Part shown: piece after piece, positions 44,549 through 55,668 of the stretch
Position numbering within the stretch: the stretch's first letter is position 1
Layout: the number at the start of each line of letters is the position of its first letter
Source of the DNA: Gammaproteobacteria bacterium
GTDB lineage: Bacteria; Pseudomonadota; Gammaproteobacteria; JAKDMP01
Direction of reading: 5' to 3'
Assembly: GCA_049581885.1 (NCBI GenBank)
Contig: JBAUSV010000184.1
Span: 2,621-66,620 of the forward strand
Length of the DNA: 64,000 bases
Position numbers and translations under genes: made by a program
The notes under the pieces: model-generated
Told to the model about the DNA's origin: nothing
Database searches by the model: none
Seen by the model: only the letters and a program-made list of their open reading frames with translations

Positions 44549-45193
44549 TCAAGTCGATGCCAGCAATTTGGATGCCAGATCCTTCAGCTCCGGGCGCGAA
44601 CGTTCGGTCGCCGCCCCCTTGCCGTCCACAATAGCGGCCAGATCGGCCAGGGCGCGCTCGAATTCGTCGTTGACAACGACATAATCGTATTCATCCCAAT
44701 GTGCCATTTCGGTAGCGGCCGCGGCCATGCGCCGGTCGATAATGCTCTCGCTGTCCGTGCCGCGCCCGGTCAGGCGGGCCCGCAGACTCTCCCGCGACGG
44801 CGGGAGAATGAAAATTGACACCGTTTCTGGTCGCCTGCGCCGCACCTGGCGCGCGCCCTGCCAGTCGATTTCCAGCACCACATCGCGTCCGCCAGCCCGC
44901 TCCCGTTCCACATCCGCCGCCGCGGTTCCGTAACCGTTGCCGAACACCCGGGCCGATTCGAGAAAAGCATCGGCAGCCTGCATCGCCTCGAAACGCGCCG
45001 CATCGATGAAGTGATAATCGCGCCCGCCCTCCTCGCCGAAGCGCGGCGCGCGCGTGGTGTAGGAAACAGAAAACGTGAGCGCCGGATTGCGCGCGATCAA
45101 CGCCTTGAGCAGGGAGGTTTTGCCCGCCCCGGACGGCGCCGAGACGACGAACAACTGACCGCGCGCAGGTGTCTTGGCCTCGCTTTCACTCAA
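44549..45193 (-). CDS. gmk: guanylate kinase
   Basis: A 214-aa protein with the P-loop [11 protein letters not shown] and the conserved gmk-rpoZ-spoT order. Confidence 0.9.
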   Translation of the reverse strand: MSESEAKTPARGQLFVVSAPSGAGKTSLLKALIARNPALTFSVSYTTRAPRFGEEGGRDYHFIDAARFEAMQAADAFLESARVFGNGYGTAAADVERERAGGRDVVLEIDWQGARQVRRRRPETVSIFILPPSRESLRARLTGRGTDSESIIDRRMAAAATEMAHWDEYDYVVVNDEFERALADLAAIVDGKGAATERSRPELKDLASKLLAST

Positions 45194-46049
45194 TGTTCTG
45201 TACCTGCTCGCGCATCTCCTCGACCAGCACCCGGCAATCCAGTGCCCAACGGTTGATCTCCAGATCGCCCGCCTTGGAGGCCAGCGTCCCCGCTTCGCGC
45301 CCGAGTTCCTGCATCAGAAAATCCAGCCGCCGGCCCACAGGCTTGTCCGCGCCGAGCAGCCGTCGGACTTCGGTTGCATGCGCCACCAGCCGGTCGAGTT
45401 CCTCGCTTATATCCTGGCGCACGATGAGCACAGCGGCTTCCTGCGCCACGCGCGCCGCATCGACGTCCTCGCCCAAAGCCTCCAGCCGCGCCGTCAGACG
45501 TGACTTGAGTTGGGTTTTCGCTGTGGGCAAATGCTCGGCAATGGCAGCCACGCAAGCGCCCAGCCGGTCGAGCCGCTGCACCAGCGCCGCTGCCAGCGCC
45601 GCCCCTTCGCGCTCGCGGGCCGCGACCAGCCCGATTATCGCTTCCTCGCTCAAGGCTGCGAGCACCGGTTGCAACGTATCGGTGGCGACCACGGGCGGCT
45701 CCACTACGCCGGGCCAGGTAAGCAGACTCAAGACATCCGTAGCCAGCGGTATGTCGGTTTGTGTTTCACGCTCCAGCCGGCGTGCGGCCTGCATTAGATC
45801 ACTCGCCAGCGCCTCGTTCACGACAAACCCCGCACCCGCCGCCGCGCGCCAGCGCAACTGGGCCTCGATGCGGCCCCGCGTCAGACCTGCGCGTAAACGT
45901 TCGCGCAGTGGGTCTTCCAGGGCACGCAAGGTCTCGGGCAGTGAAATTTTCAGGTCGAGATAGCGGTGATTGACGGCGCGTAATTCCAGCGCGAGTTCCC
46001 CCCATCCGCCCTCGCGACGGGCCAGCGCAAAGCCTGTCATGCTGCGCAT
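45186..46049 (-). CDS. yicC: YicC/YloC family stress-induced protein
   Basis: A 287-aa protein with the MRSMTGFA start and YicC N- and C-domains (NHRYLDL). Confidence 0.8.
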   Translation of the reverse strand: MRSMTGFALARREGGWGELALELRAVNHRYLDLKISLPETLRALEDPLRERLRAGLTRGRIEAQLRWRAAAGAGFVVNEALASDLMQAARRLERETQTDIPLATDVLSLLTWPGVVEPPVVATDTLQPVLAALSEEAIIGLVAAREREGAALAAALVQRLDRLGACVAAIAEHLPTAKTQLKSRLTARLEALGEDVDAARVAQEAAVLIVRQDISEELDRLVAHATEVRRLLGADKPVGRRLDFLMQELGREAGTLASKAGDLEINRWALDCRVLVEEMREQVQNIE

Positions 46050-46132
46050 CGTCGATCATCCTGACCTGAAAGCTGGCATGTTACGCTAAGCTTTCTCCGA
46101 GTGAAACCACCTGACTCGGGAATAAACGCATT

Positions 46133-46873
46133 ATGGAGCTAGACAGCGCCCAGATCAGTCTCATCGGGCACCGTCAAGACAATCAGGACCGAGCCGAAGT
46201 GCTGTTCGGCGATGAAAGTCAACTGGCCATAGTCGCCGATGGCATGGGCGGGCATGCACGTGGCGATCTGGCGGCAGAGACGGCGGTCGCCTCACTGGTC
46301 AACAGCTTCCGTCGGCTGCGCCAACATCCTCTGCCACCGGAGGATTTCTTCAACACCGCCCTTGCCACGGCTCACGAGGAAGTACTCGCGCTGGGTGCTG
46401 GTATGCGGCCGGAAATTCGTCCCGGCACCATCATCGTGTGTGCCCTGGTTACCGGTAATCAATTGAGATGGGCACATGTTGGCGACAGCCGTGCTTACCA
46501 TGTGCGCAATGGTCACGTTCTTACCCGCACGCAGGATCAATCGGTCGTCGGAACATTGCTTGCTGCCGGAGAAATCAGCACCGAACAAGCGCTACTGCAC
46601 CCGGAACGGCATATGGTCGAATATTGCCTTGGGGTAGACGAGAATACACCGCCCATTCCAACCATCGTGCCGCGTAAACTGGAGGCAGGCGACATTGTGT
46701 TACTGTGCAGTGACGGGTTGTGGAGTCAACTCGGCGAGGCCTTTATGGCGGAACGACTCAGCAACGCGGACGATCTGCAGATCACTCTGCAATCCCTCGC
46801 CGAAGATGCCGTAAGCGCCGGTTATCCGCACAGCGACAACGTTACCGCCGTGGCCTTGCGAGCCTTGGATTAG
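46133..46873 (+). CDS. PP2C-family Ser/Thr protein phosphatase
   Basis: A 246-aa protein with Stp1/PrpC-like metal-binding Asp motifs (LAIVADGMGGH, CSDGLW). Confidence 0.75.
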   Translation: MELDSAQISLIGHRQDNQDRAEVLFGDESQLAIVADGMGGHARGDLAAETAVASLVNSFRRLRQHPLPPEDFFNTALATAHEEVLALGAGMRPEIRPGTIIVCALVTGNQLRWAHVGDSRAYHVRNGHVLTRTQDQSVVGTLLAAGEISTEQALLHPERHMVEYCLGVDENTPPIPTIVPRKLEAGDIVLLCSDGLWSQLGEAFMAERLSNADDLQITLQSLAEDAVSAGYPHSDNVTAVALRALD

Positions 46874-46902
46874 GGCCTGTTCACAATGCTTGACCTGAGG
46901 GG

Positions 46903-47631
46903 ATGACCATGCGACCCGATAACCGCCAACCGGATGAACTGCGCCCGCTCAGAATCAGCCGTGCGGTCAATTGCCATGCCGAGGGCTCGGCGCTGATCGA
47001 ATGCGGCGCGACCAAGGTGCTGTGCACCGCCTCGGTGGAAGAACGAGTGCCGCCGTTTCTGCGCGGCAGCAAACGCGGTTGGACGACAGCACAATACGGC
47101 ATGTTGCCGCGTGCCACCGGCACCCGCAGCGAACGCGAAGCCGCACGCGGAAAGCAGGGCGGGCGCACCCAGGAAATCCAGCGCCTGATTGGGCGCAGCC
47201 TACGCACCACCGTGGACTTCGAGCTGCTGGGCGAGCGCACTATCACACTCGACTGCGATGTTCTGCAGGCAGACGGCGGCACCCGTACCGCCGCCATCAC
47301 CGGCGCTTGGGTGGCCCTGGCCGAGGCCGGCGACTGGCTGGTGAAGGAAGGCCGCTGCAAGGCAACGCCAGTAACGGCCCAGGTGGCCGCCGTGTCGGTC
47401 GGCGTCTGGCGCGGCGAGCCCGTGCTCGACCTGGCCTATGTCGAGGACAAGGATGCCGATGTCGATTGCAATTTCGTGATGAACGCGGTCGGTCACTTTG
47501 TCGAGATTCAGGGCACGGCCGAGGGTGCCACGTTCGACGACTCGGCGCTGACCCGCATGCTCGCCCTCGCACACAAGGGCATTGACCTTCTACTCGCGGC
47601 ACAGCGCGACTGCCTGAGCGTGACTGCGTGA
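46903..47631 (+). CDS. rph: ribonuclease PH
   Basis: A 242-aa protein with [12 protein letters not shown] and the phosphate-binding TRSEREA motif. It overlaps rdgB by 4 bp, as is typical for rph-rdgB. Confidence 0.9.
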   Translation: MTMRPDNRQPDELRPLRISRAVNCHAEGSALIECGATKVLCTASVEERVPPFLRGSKRGWTTAQYGMLPRATGTRSEREAARGKQGGRTQEIQRLIGRSLRTTVDFELLGERTITLDCDVLQADGGTRTAAITGAWVALAEAGDWLVKEGRCKATPVTAQVAAVSVGVWRGEPVLDLAYVEDKDADVDCNFVMNAVGHFVEIQGTAEGATFDDSALTRMLALAHKGIDLLLAAQRDCLSVTA

Positions 47632-48233
47632 AACGTCGGGTGGTCATCGCCACCGGCAACCGAGGCAAACTCGCCGAATTGATCCCCCTGCTTGCACCAC
47701 TCGGCCTGGAGCCCATCGCTCAATCGGAATTCGGCCTTGTCGGCGTCGCCGAGGAGGCCCCTACCTTTATCGAAAATGCGCTGGCAAAGGCCCGTGCTGC
47801 GGCACGCGCCACAGGCCTGCCCGCCATCGCCGATGATTCCGGCTTGGAAGTCTCAGCCCTCAACGGCGCACCCGGCGTACAGTCTGCGCGCTATGCTGGA
47901 GAGCACGGCAACGACGCCGCGAACAACGAAAAGCTGCTCGCAGCACTGAGAGAGCGCCCGGATGCTTCGCGCCAGGCCAGCTTTCGCTGCATTGCGGTAT
48001 ATCTGCATCACGCGGATGATCCGGCTCCCGTTATCGGCGAAGGCATCTGGCACGGCAAGATTGCCAAAGCACCTTGCGGCAACACGGGCTTTGGCTACGA
48101 CCCGTTGTTCCTGCTCCCCGACCGCGACCTCACCGCGGCCGAAATCGGTCCCGAACTCAAGAACAAGTTAAGCCATCGAGCCCAAGCGCTGACCGCTCTC
48201 GTTCGCCAGTTGAAGCGTAAACTCGGGACTTGA
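47628..48233 (+). CDS. rdgB: non-canonical purine NTP pyrophosphatase (RdgB/HAM1)
   Basis: A 201-aa protein with [17 protein letters not shown] and FGYDPLF motifs. Confidence 0.85.
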   Translation: MKRRVVIATGNRGKLAELIPLLAPLGLEPIAQSEFGLVGVAEEAPTFIENALAKARAAARATGLPAIADDSGLEVSALNGAPGVQSARYAGEHGNDAANNEKLLAALRERPDASRQASFRCIAVYLHHADDPAPVIGEGIWHGKIAKAPCGNTGFGYDPLFLLPDRDLTAAEIGPELKNKLSHRAQALTALVRQLKRKLGT

Positions 48234-48263
48234 AGCGAATGTAACGCCCGCAACCTACCCTGC

Positions 48264-48833
48264 TCAGTCGCCGCCGTTGCCGCTGGGTCGGGGGCGACCG
48301 GGATGCAGGATCGAATGCTGGCGCACATAAAACGTCGAGCTGGCCTGCCCTTCGCTCTGCCCCTTTGGACCCATCACAGTGACCGTTAGCGTGTGCGTGC
48401 CGCGATACACCTTGTGCAATTCCACCCGGGTATCTGCCGTAGGCTTGCCCACGTTCTTGCCATCGTAGCCATATTGCAGCAAGGCGGCGCCCTGCAAGGA
48501 GGGCGTGACCTGTACCTGCACATCCACCTTGTAATTTACCGGCCAGAGCGTGGTGCCTGCGGACGGGGTAAGGATCCTGACCTGATAGGCGGGACCGGCT
48601 GCGGTCTGCGCGGGGGGGGCCGACATTCCGGCATTCGAGCTTGAAGCCGGTTGCGTCTTGTAATCGATAACTGACAACGCACCGGGCTGAACCTGCTTGG
48701 CACCTTTGTGCGGCTGATCGGAATAATGCACCACGCCTTGGGCATCGACCCAGCGATAGATAGTGGTGCCGGCCACAGCCAAGGTTGGCACCAATGCCAA
48801 CACCAGCAACCACGCCTGTGTTTTCCTGTTCAT
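48264..48833 (-). CDS. DUF4124 domain-containing secreted protein
   Basis: A 189-aa protein with a signal peptide followed by the YRWVDAQGVVHYSD motif typical of DUF4124. Confidence 0.55.
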   Translation of the reverse strand: MNRKTQAWLLVLALVPTLAVAGTTIYRWVDAQGVVHYSDQPHKGAKQVQPGALSVIDYKTQPASSSNAGMSAPPAQTAAGPAYQVRILTPSAGTTLWPVNYKVDVQVQVTPSLQGAALLQYGYDGKNVGKPTADTRVELHKVYRGTHTLTVTVMGPKGQSEGQASSTFYVRQHSILHPGRPRPSGNGGD

Positions 48834-48872
48834 GGGATAAAGCCTAGCGCGTGCGACGAATTAGCGCAACTG

Positions 48873-48912
48873 ACTAAAAAATCAGGAAACTCTGATTATT
48901 CAGGGTTTCCTG
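48873..48912 (-). terminator. rho-independent terminator downstream of parB
   Basis: The minus-strand reads CAGGAAAC-cctgaataatcaga-GTTTCCTG, followed by ATTTTTTAG. Confidence 0.6.
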
Positions 48913-49041
48913 TAGGTCAAAGACCGTTCGCCACAAATCAGGCACGTAAGTGATTGATTCAGCGTAAGCAAAGTCCAGGCATGTTCCGGACTTTGCGGAT
49001 CTGAAAAATTCGGAACGAATTTTTCAGAGTTGACCTGTTTA

Positions 49042-49899
<858 letters not shown>

Positions 49900-49959
49900 T
49901 TCAAGTCTGCCTCGCGCATGATCGTGCCGGAATTTTAACAGCGCATGGAAGTCGCACGT

Positions 49960-50757
49960 TCACAAGGCAGCCGCCACTGGCAACGGCGTCTGCTCGCGGC
50001 GCAACACCTCACCCGCCAGCGCAAGGTAGGCCAGCGCGCCACGCGAGGCGCGATCATAAATCAGTACCGGCGTGCCGTGACTCGGTGCCTCCGCGAGACG
50101 CACGTTGCGCGGAATCACCGTACGGTACACTCGATCCTTGAAATGCATGATGAGCTGGGCGGACACGTCGCTCGTGAGATTGCTGCGCGGGTCGTAAAGC
50201 GTGCGCAGTATCCCTTCCAGCTTGAGACGCGGGTTGACTGTCTCGCGGATGCGCTGGATGGTTTCGGTCAATGCGGACAAGCCTTCGAGCGCATAGAACT
50301 CGCACTGCATGGGAATCAGTACACCATCGGCCGCACTCAGAGCATTGACGGTGAGCAGATTCAGGGCCGGCGGGCAATCGATAAAAAGATAATCATAGTT
50401 TTCGACTACCGGTTCCAGCGCCTTTTTCAACCGGTGCTCGCGGCCCAGTTCAGTGACCAGCCGCACTTCGGCTGTGGTGAGATCGCCGCTGGTGGGGGCA
50501 ATATCGAAACTCGCCTGGTTGAAATCGAGCGTTTGCACAATGTCGGCCAGCGCCGCGTCGCCGAGCAGCACATCGGCCATGGTGGCGGACAATTGGCGCT
50601 TGTCGATGCCGCTGCCCGTGGTCGCGTTGCTCTGCGGATCGAGGTCTATCAACAAAACGCGGCGGCGGGTGGCGGCCAGCGACGCCGCGAGATTGACGGC
50701 GGTGGTGGTCTTTCCCACCCCGCCCTTCTGGTTCGCCACCGCGATGATCCGTCCCAT
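49960..50757 (-). CDS. parA: chromosome partitioning ATPase ParA/Soj
   Basis: Deviant Walker A KGGVGKTT. I trimmed the start to the internal MGRIIAVANQKGG. The track ORF has a 65-aa implausible extension. Confidence 0.9.
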   Translation of the reverse strand: MGRIIAVANQKGGVGKTTTAVNLAASLAATRRRVLLIDLDPQSNATTGSGIDKRQLSATMADVLLGDAALADIVQTLDFNQASFDIAPTSGDLTTAEVRLVTELGREHRLKKALEPVVENYDYLFIDCPPALNLLTVNALSAADGVLIPMQCEFYALEGLSALTETIQRIRETVNPRLKLEGILRTLYDPRSNLTSDVSAQLIMHFKDRVYRTVIPRNVRLAEAPSHGTPVLIYDRASRGALAYLALAGEVLRREQTPLPVAAAL

Positions 50758-50759
50758 GA

Positions 50760-51434
50760 TTACCTTCTCGATTCCTGCGCCCCGCGTTCCACTATCACGA
50801 TACAACGCTCGGCTTCCTGATCCGGCAGAGTAACCGGGTTGAGGCATGAACGCCAGCCGCCCGGCAGGGCGGCGAACTCGGTCTCGACCGTTGCGCGCTG
50901 GCCCTTGAGCGCCACCAGGCGCCCGCCGGGGGCCAGGCTTGGCGCGATCCATCCGAGCAATTGCGACAGCTCGGCCAGCGCCCGTGCCGTGACGGTATCA
51001 AAACCCCGATCCGGACGACAGGACTCGACGCGTCCGGCATGCACACCGACCCGCCCGGACAGCCCCAGCTCGCGCACCGCGTGCTCCAGGAACCGGGCTT
51101 TCTTCCCGGTCGACTCGGCCAGGACCCACTGCGTCGCAGGGGCCAGCAGGGCCAGCACCATACCCGGCAGGCCGGCGCCGCTGCCGGCATCGAGCATCCG
51201 CGTGCCGCGCAGATAGGGCAACGCGGCGGCCGAATCGAGCACGTGGCGGCGTACCATGTCGCCGGGATCGCGCACGGCCGTGAGATTGTAGGCGCGGTTC
51301 CACTCGGCTATCAGACCGAGATAACGGGCCAGTGCTTCCACGGTCTCCGGCGCGGCACTGATCCGCTGCCGGTTCAGCCCGGCCTCGATGTCCTCCTGCA
51401 ACTGCCTTTGGTCCGCTCGGCTCATCCGTTCCAT
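50760..51434 (-). CDS. rsmG: 16S rRNA (guanine527-N7)-methyltransferase
   Basis: RsmG/GidB core (LGLIAEWNRAYNLTAV, LDAGSGAGLPG). I trimmed the start to MERMSRADQ. It lies directly upstream of parA. Confidence 0.85.
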   Translation of the reverse strand: MERMSRADQRQLQEDIEAGLNRQRISAAPETVEALARYLGLIAEWNRAYNLTAVRDPGDMVRRHVLDSAAALPYLRGTRMLDAGSGAGLPGMVLALLAPATQWVLAESTGKKARFLEHAVRELGLSGRVGVHAGRVESCRPDRGFDTVTARALAELSQLLGWIAPSLAPGGRLVALKGQRATVETEFAALPGGWRSCLNPVTLPDQEAERCIVIVERGAQESRR

Positions 51435-51435
51435 C

Positions 51436-53031
51436 TCACAGGGCCGGCGCAAAGCTGTCGGCGCGCGCCATGCCCCAATAGCGCCGATACATCGGATGGG
51501 CGCTGCCGTCGACCAGTTCCCCCGCCTGCAGGTAATCATAGAATTCGGCTGCAGTACGCACCTCGTCGGAGGAAATCCTGAGGTTGAGGTGATACGGCTT
51601 GAGCTCGCCCGGATGGTCCAGCCCCGTGGCCGACGTGACCACACCCAAGGCACGCACCGTATGGTGATGGAAACGATACACATGCCGGGCCTTGTCCTCG
51701 ACGTCCAGGGAACGCTGGCGGCGCGGATCCATCGTCGTGATGCCGGTCGGACAGCGTCCGGTATGGCAATTCTGAGACTGGATGCAGCCGAGCGAAAACA
51801 TGAAGCCGCGCGCGGAGTTGCACCAGTCCGCGCCGATGGCCAGGTTCACGGCGATCCTGAACCCGGTCACCGCCTTGCCGCTGGCACCAATGCGGATTTT
51901 TTCCCGCAGGCCGGTGCCGACCAGCGCGTTGTGTGCAAACAGCAACCCTTCTCGCAACGGCGTCCCCAGGCCGTCCGACAATTCCAGCGGCGCTGCCCCC
52001 GTCCCGCCCTCGGCGCCGTCAACGACGATGAAGTCCGGCAGGATGCCGGTTTCCAGCATCGCTTTGCAGACCGCAAGAAATTCCCAGCGATGACCGATGC
52101 AAAGCTTGAAGCCGGTAGGCTTTCCGCCGGAGAGTTCACGCAGGCGGGCCACGAATTCCAACAGGCCGACCGGAGTAGAAAAAGCCGGGTGCGAGGATGG
52201 CGAAATACAGTCCTCGCCTTGCGCCACCTTGCGGGCGGCCGCGATTTCGGCGGTGACCTTGGCGCCCGGCAACAATCCGCCGTGGCCCGGCTTGGCACCC
52301 TGGGACAGCTTGACCTCAATCATCTTCACCTGCTCGTCCCGGGCCTGGTCGCGGAACATGTCGGCATTGAAACCGCCGTCGTCGTTGCGGCAGCCGAAAT
52401 AGCCGCTGCCGATCTCCCAGATCAGGTCTCCCCCGTATTTGCGGTGATAGGGACTGATACCGCCCTCGCCGGTGTCGTGGGCGAAACCGCCGAGGCTGGC
52501 GCCCTTGTTGAGCGCCATGATCGCGTGCGGGCCGAGTGCGCCGAAACTCATCGCCGAGATGTTGAACACGGAAGCCGAGTACGGCTTGTCGCATTGCGGC
52601 CCACCGATGCCGACGCGCGGCATGTCATCGACTGCCCGTTCGCGCGTGGCCGCGATCGAATGATTCAACCATTCGTATTCCTCGTCGTATACGTCGAGCT
52701 CGGTGCCGAACGGTTTGGCGGCGGAGATGTTGCGGGCACGCTTGTAGATGATGTTGCGTTCGTTGTGGTCGAACGGCGTGCCGTCGATATCGCTCTCGAC
52801 GAAATACTGGCGGACCTGGTGGCGAATGTATTCCGCCAGGAAACGAACACGGGCGAGAATCGGGTAGTTGCGCAACACGTTGTGTTCGCGCTGCACGAGA
52901 TCAACGATTCCGACCAGGGTCAACGGCAGGGTGAGGGACAGGCCCAACAACCAGGGCCATCCGACGAACGCGCCCAGCAGGGTAAAGGCGATCGTCAGGA
53001 AAAGCATCAAACCGAAAGTGAAAAAGCGCAT
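51436..53031 (-). CDS. FMN-binding glutamate synthase family protein (GltS domain-2-like, membrane-anchored)
   Basis: A 531-aa protein with an N-terminal TM helix and a GltB FMN-domain signature (GAEGGTGAAP, CHTGRCPTG 3Fe/4Fe-S-like motif). Confidence 0.75.
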   Translation of the reverse strand: MRFFTFGLMLFLTIAFTLLGAFVGWPWLLGLSLTLPLTLVGIVDLVQREHNVLRNYPILARVRFLAEYIRHQVRQYFVESDIDGTPFDHNERNIIYKRARNISAAKPFGTELDVYDEEYEWLNHSIAATRERAVDDMPRVGIGGPQCDKPYSASVFNISAMSFGALGPHAIMALNKGASLGGFAHDTGEGGISPYHRKYGGDLIWEIGSGYFGCRNDDGGFNADMFRDQARDEQVKMIEVKLSQGAKPGHGGLLPGAKVTAEIAAARKVAQGEDCISPSSHPAFSTPVGLLEFVARLRELSGGKPTGFKLCIGHRWEFLAVCKAMLETGILPDFIVVDGAEGGTGAAPLELSDGLGTPLREGLLFAHNALVGTGLREKIRIGASGKAVTGFRIAVNLAIGADWCNSARGFMFSLGCIQSQNCHTGRCPTGITTMDPRRQRSLDVEDKARHVYRFHHHTVRALGVVTSATGLDHPGELKPYHLNLRISSDEVRTAAEFYDYLQAGELVDGSAHPMYRRYWGMARADSFAPAL

Positions 53032-53199
53032 TCAACTCTCCTTGGCACCGACGGCCTATCGCGGGCACGCACCCCGGCCTTTACCTGCGCAGCCGTTCAT
53101 CGTGCCTCATCCTAGTTTACGCAATAGCCGCCGGAACCCGGCGAGCGCACCGGGTTGTGTAATATGGCCCCCTGTTTTTTCAGTGTGCGGGAGCGAACA

Positions 53200-54519
53200 A
53201 TGACAACACGGGTCACCGGACGCCAGATCGGCCTTGTCACCGCCACAGCGCTGGTCATCGGAAACATGGTGGGTTCGGGCATCTTCCTGCTCCCCGCCTC
53301 GCTCGCCCCCTACGGAATCTACAGCCTATGGGGCTGGCTCCTCAGCACAGGGGGCGCCCTTGTCCTGGCCTGGGTGTTCGCCAGCCTGTCGCGCCGCCTG
53401 TCGCGCGCGGGCGGACCCTACGCCTATCCCCGCGAAGCTTTTGGCGACTTCGGCGGCTTCCTGATCGCCTGGATCTACTGGCTGAGCATCCTCGGCACCA
53501 ACGCCGCGATCGCAGTCGCCTTCGCAAGCTATCTCGTTCCCTTCTTCCCCGCCCTGCATGCCTCGCCGCTGCTCGGCGGCCTGGCCGCCATCGTCACGAC
53601 CTGGATTCTGACCGGCGTGAACATCTGGGGCGTGCACGCGGCGGGCAAGGTGCAGGTCATCACCGTAGTCCTCAAGCTCTCGCCCTTGCTCGCCCTGGCC
53701 GTGGCGGGCCTGTTCTATTTCAACCCCCACGTCATGGCCGCCGGGCACAGCACGGCCTCGCCGGCCGAGTCCATCAACACCGCAGCGGCGTTCACCATGT
53801 GGGCCTTCCTGGGACTGGAGTGCGCCACGGTGCCGGCCGGACACGTACGCAATGCCAGCAAGACCATCCCGCGCGCCACGATGATCGGCACCGTCATCGC
53901 CGCAGTTTTTTACATCGCCAGCACCACGGTAATCATGGGCATTATCCCGAGCACTTCACTCGCGCATTCCAATGCTCCGTTCGCGGACGCCGCCAAACTC
54001 ATCTGGGGCAGCTGGGCCGGCTACCTCATCGCCGGAGCTGCACTGGTGTCCTGCTTCGGAGCACTGAACGGCTGGATCCTCATGCAGGGACAGCTGCCCC
54101 AGGCAGTGGCACGTGACGGCCTCTTCCCCAAGGTGCTCGCCAGGGAATCCCGGTTCGGCACGCCGGTGGTCGCACTGGTCGTCTCCAGCATCCTGGCAAC
54201 GCTTCTGATACTGGCGAACTACAGTCACGGCCTCGTGGCGATGTTCAACATCATCATCCTGCTCACGACCTTTTTCACCCTGGTGCCCTACATGTTCTGT
54301 GCGATGGCGGAAGTGGTGCTGGCGCGCCGTCACGGCCGCGAAGCCCGGGCGCCCTGGCGTAACGTCATACTGGCCTCGCTCGCCTTCGCTTTCGCGCTGT
54401 GGGCCGCGGCGGGCACCGGCAAGGATTCGATCTACTGGGGCGGTCTGCTGCTCCTCGCCGGCATCCCGGTCTACGTGTGGCAAACCCGCCACAAGAAAGA
54501 AACTGCGGCGACGGAGTAG
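53200..54519 (+). CDS. APC-superfamily basic amino acid/polyamine antiporter (APA family)
   Basis: A 12-TM transporter with GNMVGSGIFLLP, typical of ArcD/PotE/CadB-type antiporters. The start is taken at MTTRV. Confidence 0.75.
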   Translation: MTTRVTGRQIGLVTATALVIGNMVGSGIFLLPASLAPYGIYSLWGWLLSTGGALVLAWVFASLSRRLSRAGGPYAYPREAFGDFGGFLIAWIYWLSILGTNAAIAVAFASYLVPFFPALHASPLLGGLAAIVTTWILTGVNIWGVHAAGKVQVITVVLKLSPLLALAVAGLFYFNPHVMAAGHSTASPAESINTAAAFTMWAFLGLECATVPAGHVRNASKTIPRATMIGTVIAAVFYIASTTVIMGIIPSTSLAHSNAPFADAAKLIWGSWAGYLIAGAALVSCFGALNGWILMQGQLPQAVARDGLFPKVLARESRFGTPVVALVVSSILATLLILANYSHGLVAMFNIIILLTTFFTLVPYMFCAMAEVVLARRHGREARAPWRNVILASLAFAFALWAAAGTGKDSIYWGGLLLLAGIPVYVWQTRHKKETAATE

Positions 54520-54526
54520 CCCCGAG

Positions 54527-55618
54527 TCAGGAAGCCTTGCTGCCGCGGTAGGCAGCACGCGCGAGTTCCTGAAAATGATGTACGCCCGCTTCGCGCTTCG
54601 GTGACAGGCGGCCCGCGCGGTAGGCGCCGGATTCCAACCCAAGCTGCACGCGCTCACAGATACCTATGTCTTCCTTCTGTACTTCGTCGCTGAAGCGGAT
54701 GTCCGCCGTGATGTCAGCGTCCAATGCCTTGTCCGCGTACCAGTAATCGAAAATGACACGACAGCGACGCTGCGAGACGGGCACAACCTGATTGACCTGC
54801 AAGCGATCGGGCAGGATGTTGAGCATCAGGTTGGGCCAGACGAAATAGTAGAACGCCTCGCCCGCCTTGTACGGCCCCCGGTTGCCGTCGAGCGGGCTGT
54901 GCTGCCAGGAATTCCACTCCGCCGTATGCGTCGCGTAGCTGCGGTAATCCAATAACTTGTTCAGGCCTGGGTGCACGTGCGGGAGGTGATAGCCCTCCAG
55001 GTAATTGTCCACGTAGGCCTTCCAGTTGCAATCGATGTCGTAGACATCGCGTATCTGGAAATGCATCTTCGGCAGTTCGATGGGCCGGATGCGCTCGCGG
55101 ATGCCCCCCATAAGCTCTTCGATTCCCACCGGAGGCTGTTCGACAGCGGCGAAGACAAATCCTTCCCATTCCGCCACGTGGACAGCCTCTAGATGGATGC
55201 AGGACACGTCGAAGTCCCGCGCGGCCTCCATCTCGTGCGCGGAACGCAACTGTCCTTCCAGCGTGTAAGTCCAGCCGTGGTACTGGCAGCGCAACTGCCG
55301 GGCGTTGCCGTTCTCAAGCGCCAGCGGCCCGGCGCGGTGGCGGCACACGTTGAAGAAACCGCGCAGCTCGCCGTCGGATCCGCGTACAACCAAGATCGGC
55401 TTGCCAGTCACTTCGGCCACGACATGATCCCCGGCGTCGAGCAACTGGTCGACACGCCCCACCAATTGCCAGCTACTGGCAAAAATACACTGCTGCTCAA
55501 AGGCATGAAACGCCGGATCGGCATATGCATACGCTGGCAGCGCCGTCGCCTCAGCCAGCGTCTGTGGCGACATATCACGCGTCTGCAATACATCGGGCCG
55601 TTTGAACATGGCATTCAC
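54527..55618 (-). CDS. Rieske non-heme iron oxygenase alpha subunit (CntA/GbcA-like)
   Basis: A 363-aa protein with the Rieske motif CRHRAGPL...CQYHGW, the mononuclear iron motif NYLEGYHLPHVH, and a later D. Its size matches carnitine monooxygenase CntA-type enzymes. Confidence 0.7.
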   Translation of the reverse strand: MNAMFKRPDVLQTRDMSPQTLAEATALPAYAYADPAFHAFEQQCIFASSWQLVGRVDQLLDAGDHVVAEVTGKPILVVRGSDGELRGFFNVCRHRAGPLALENGNARQLRCQYHGWTYTLEGQLRSAHEMEAARDFDVSCIHLEAVHVAEWEGFVFAAVEQPPVGIEELMGGIRERIRPIELPKMHFQIRDVYDIDCNWKAYVDNYLEGYHLPHVHPGLNKLLDYRSYATHTAEWNSWQHSPLDGNRGPYKAGEAFYYFVWPNLMLNILPDRLQVNQVVPVSQRRCRVIFDYWYADKALDADITADIRFSDEVQKEDIGICERVQLGLESGAYRAGRLSPKREAGVHHFQELARAAYRGSKAS

Positions 55619-55668
55619 CCGGGCGGTTCCTGCAAGTAGTCCTACTTTATAGCTTCATGGACTTGCAG

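Noticed and set aside
48834-49041. parS (TGTTCCACGTGGAACA-like) centromere sites near parAB
   Set aside because: I could not find a convincing 16-bp palindrome by eye in the parB-proximal spacer. A proper pattern search over the whole window is needed before calling any.
51388-53115. 575-aa plus-strand ORF
   Set aside because: It is antisense to the glutamate-synthase-like gene.
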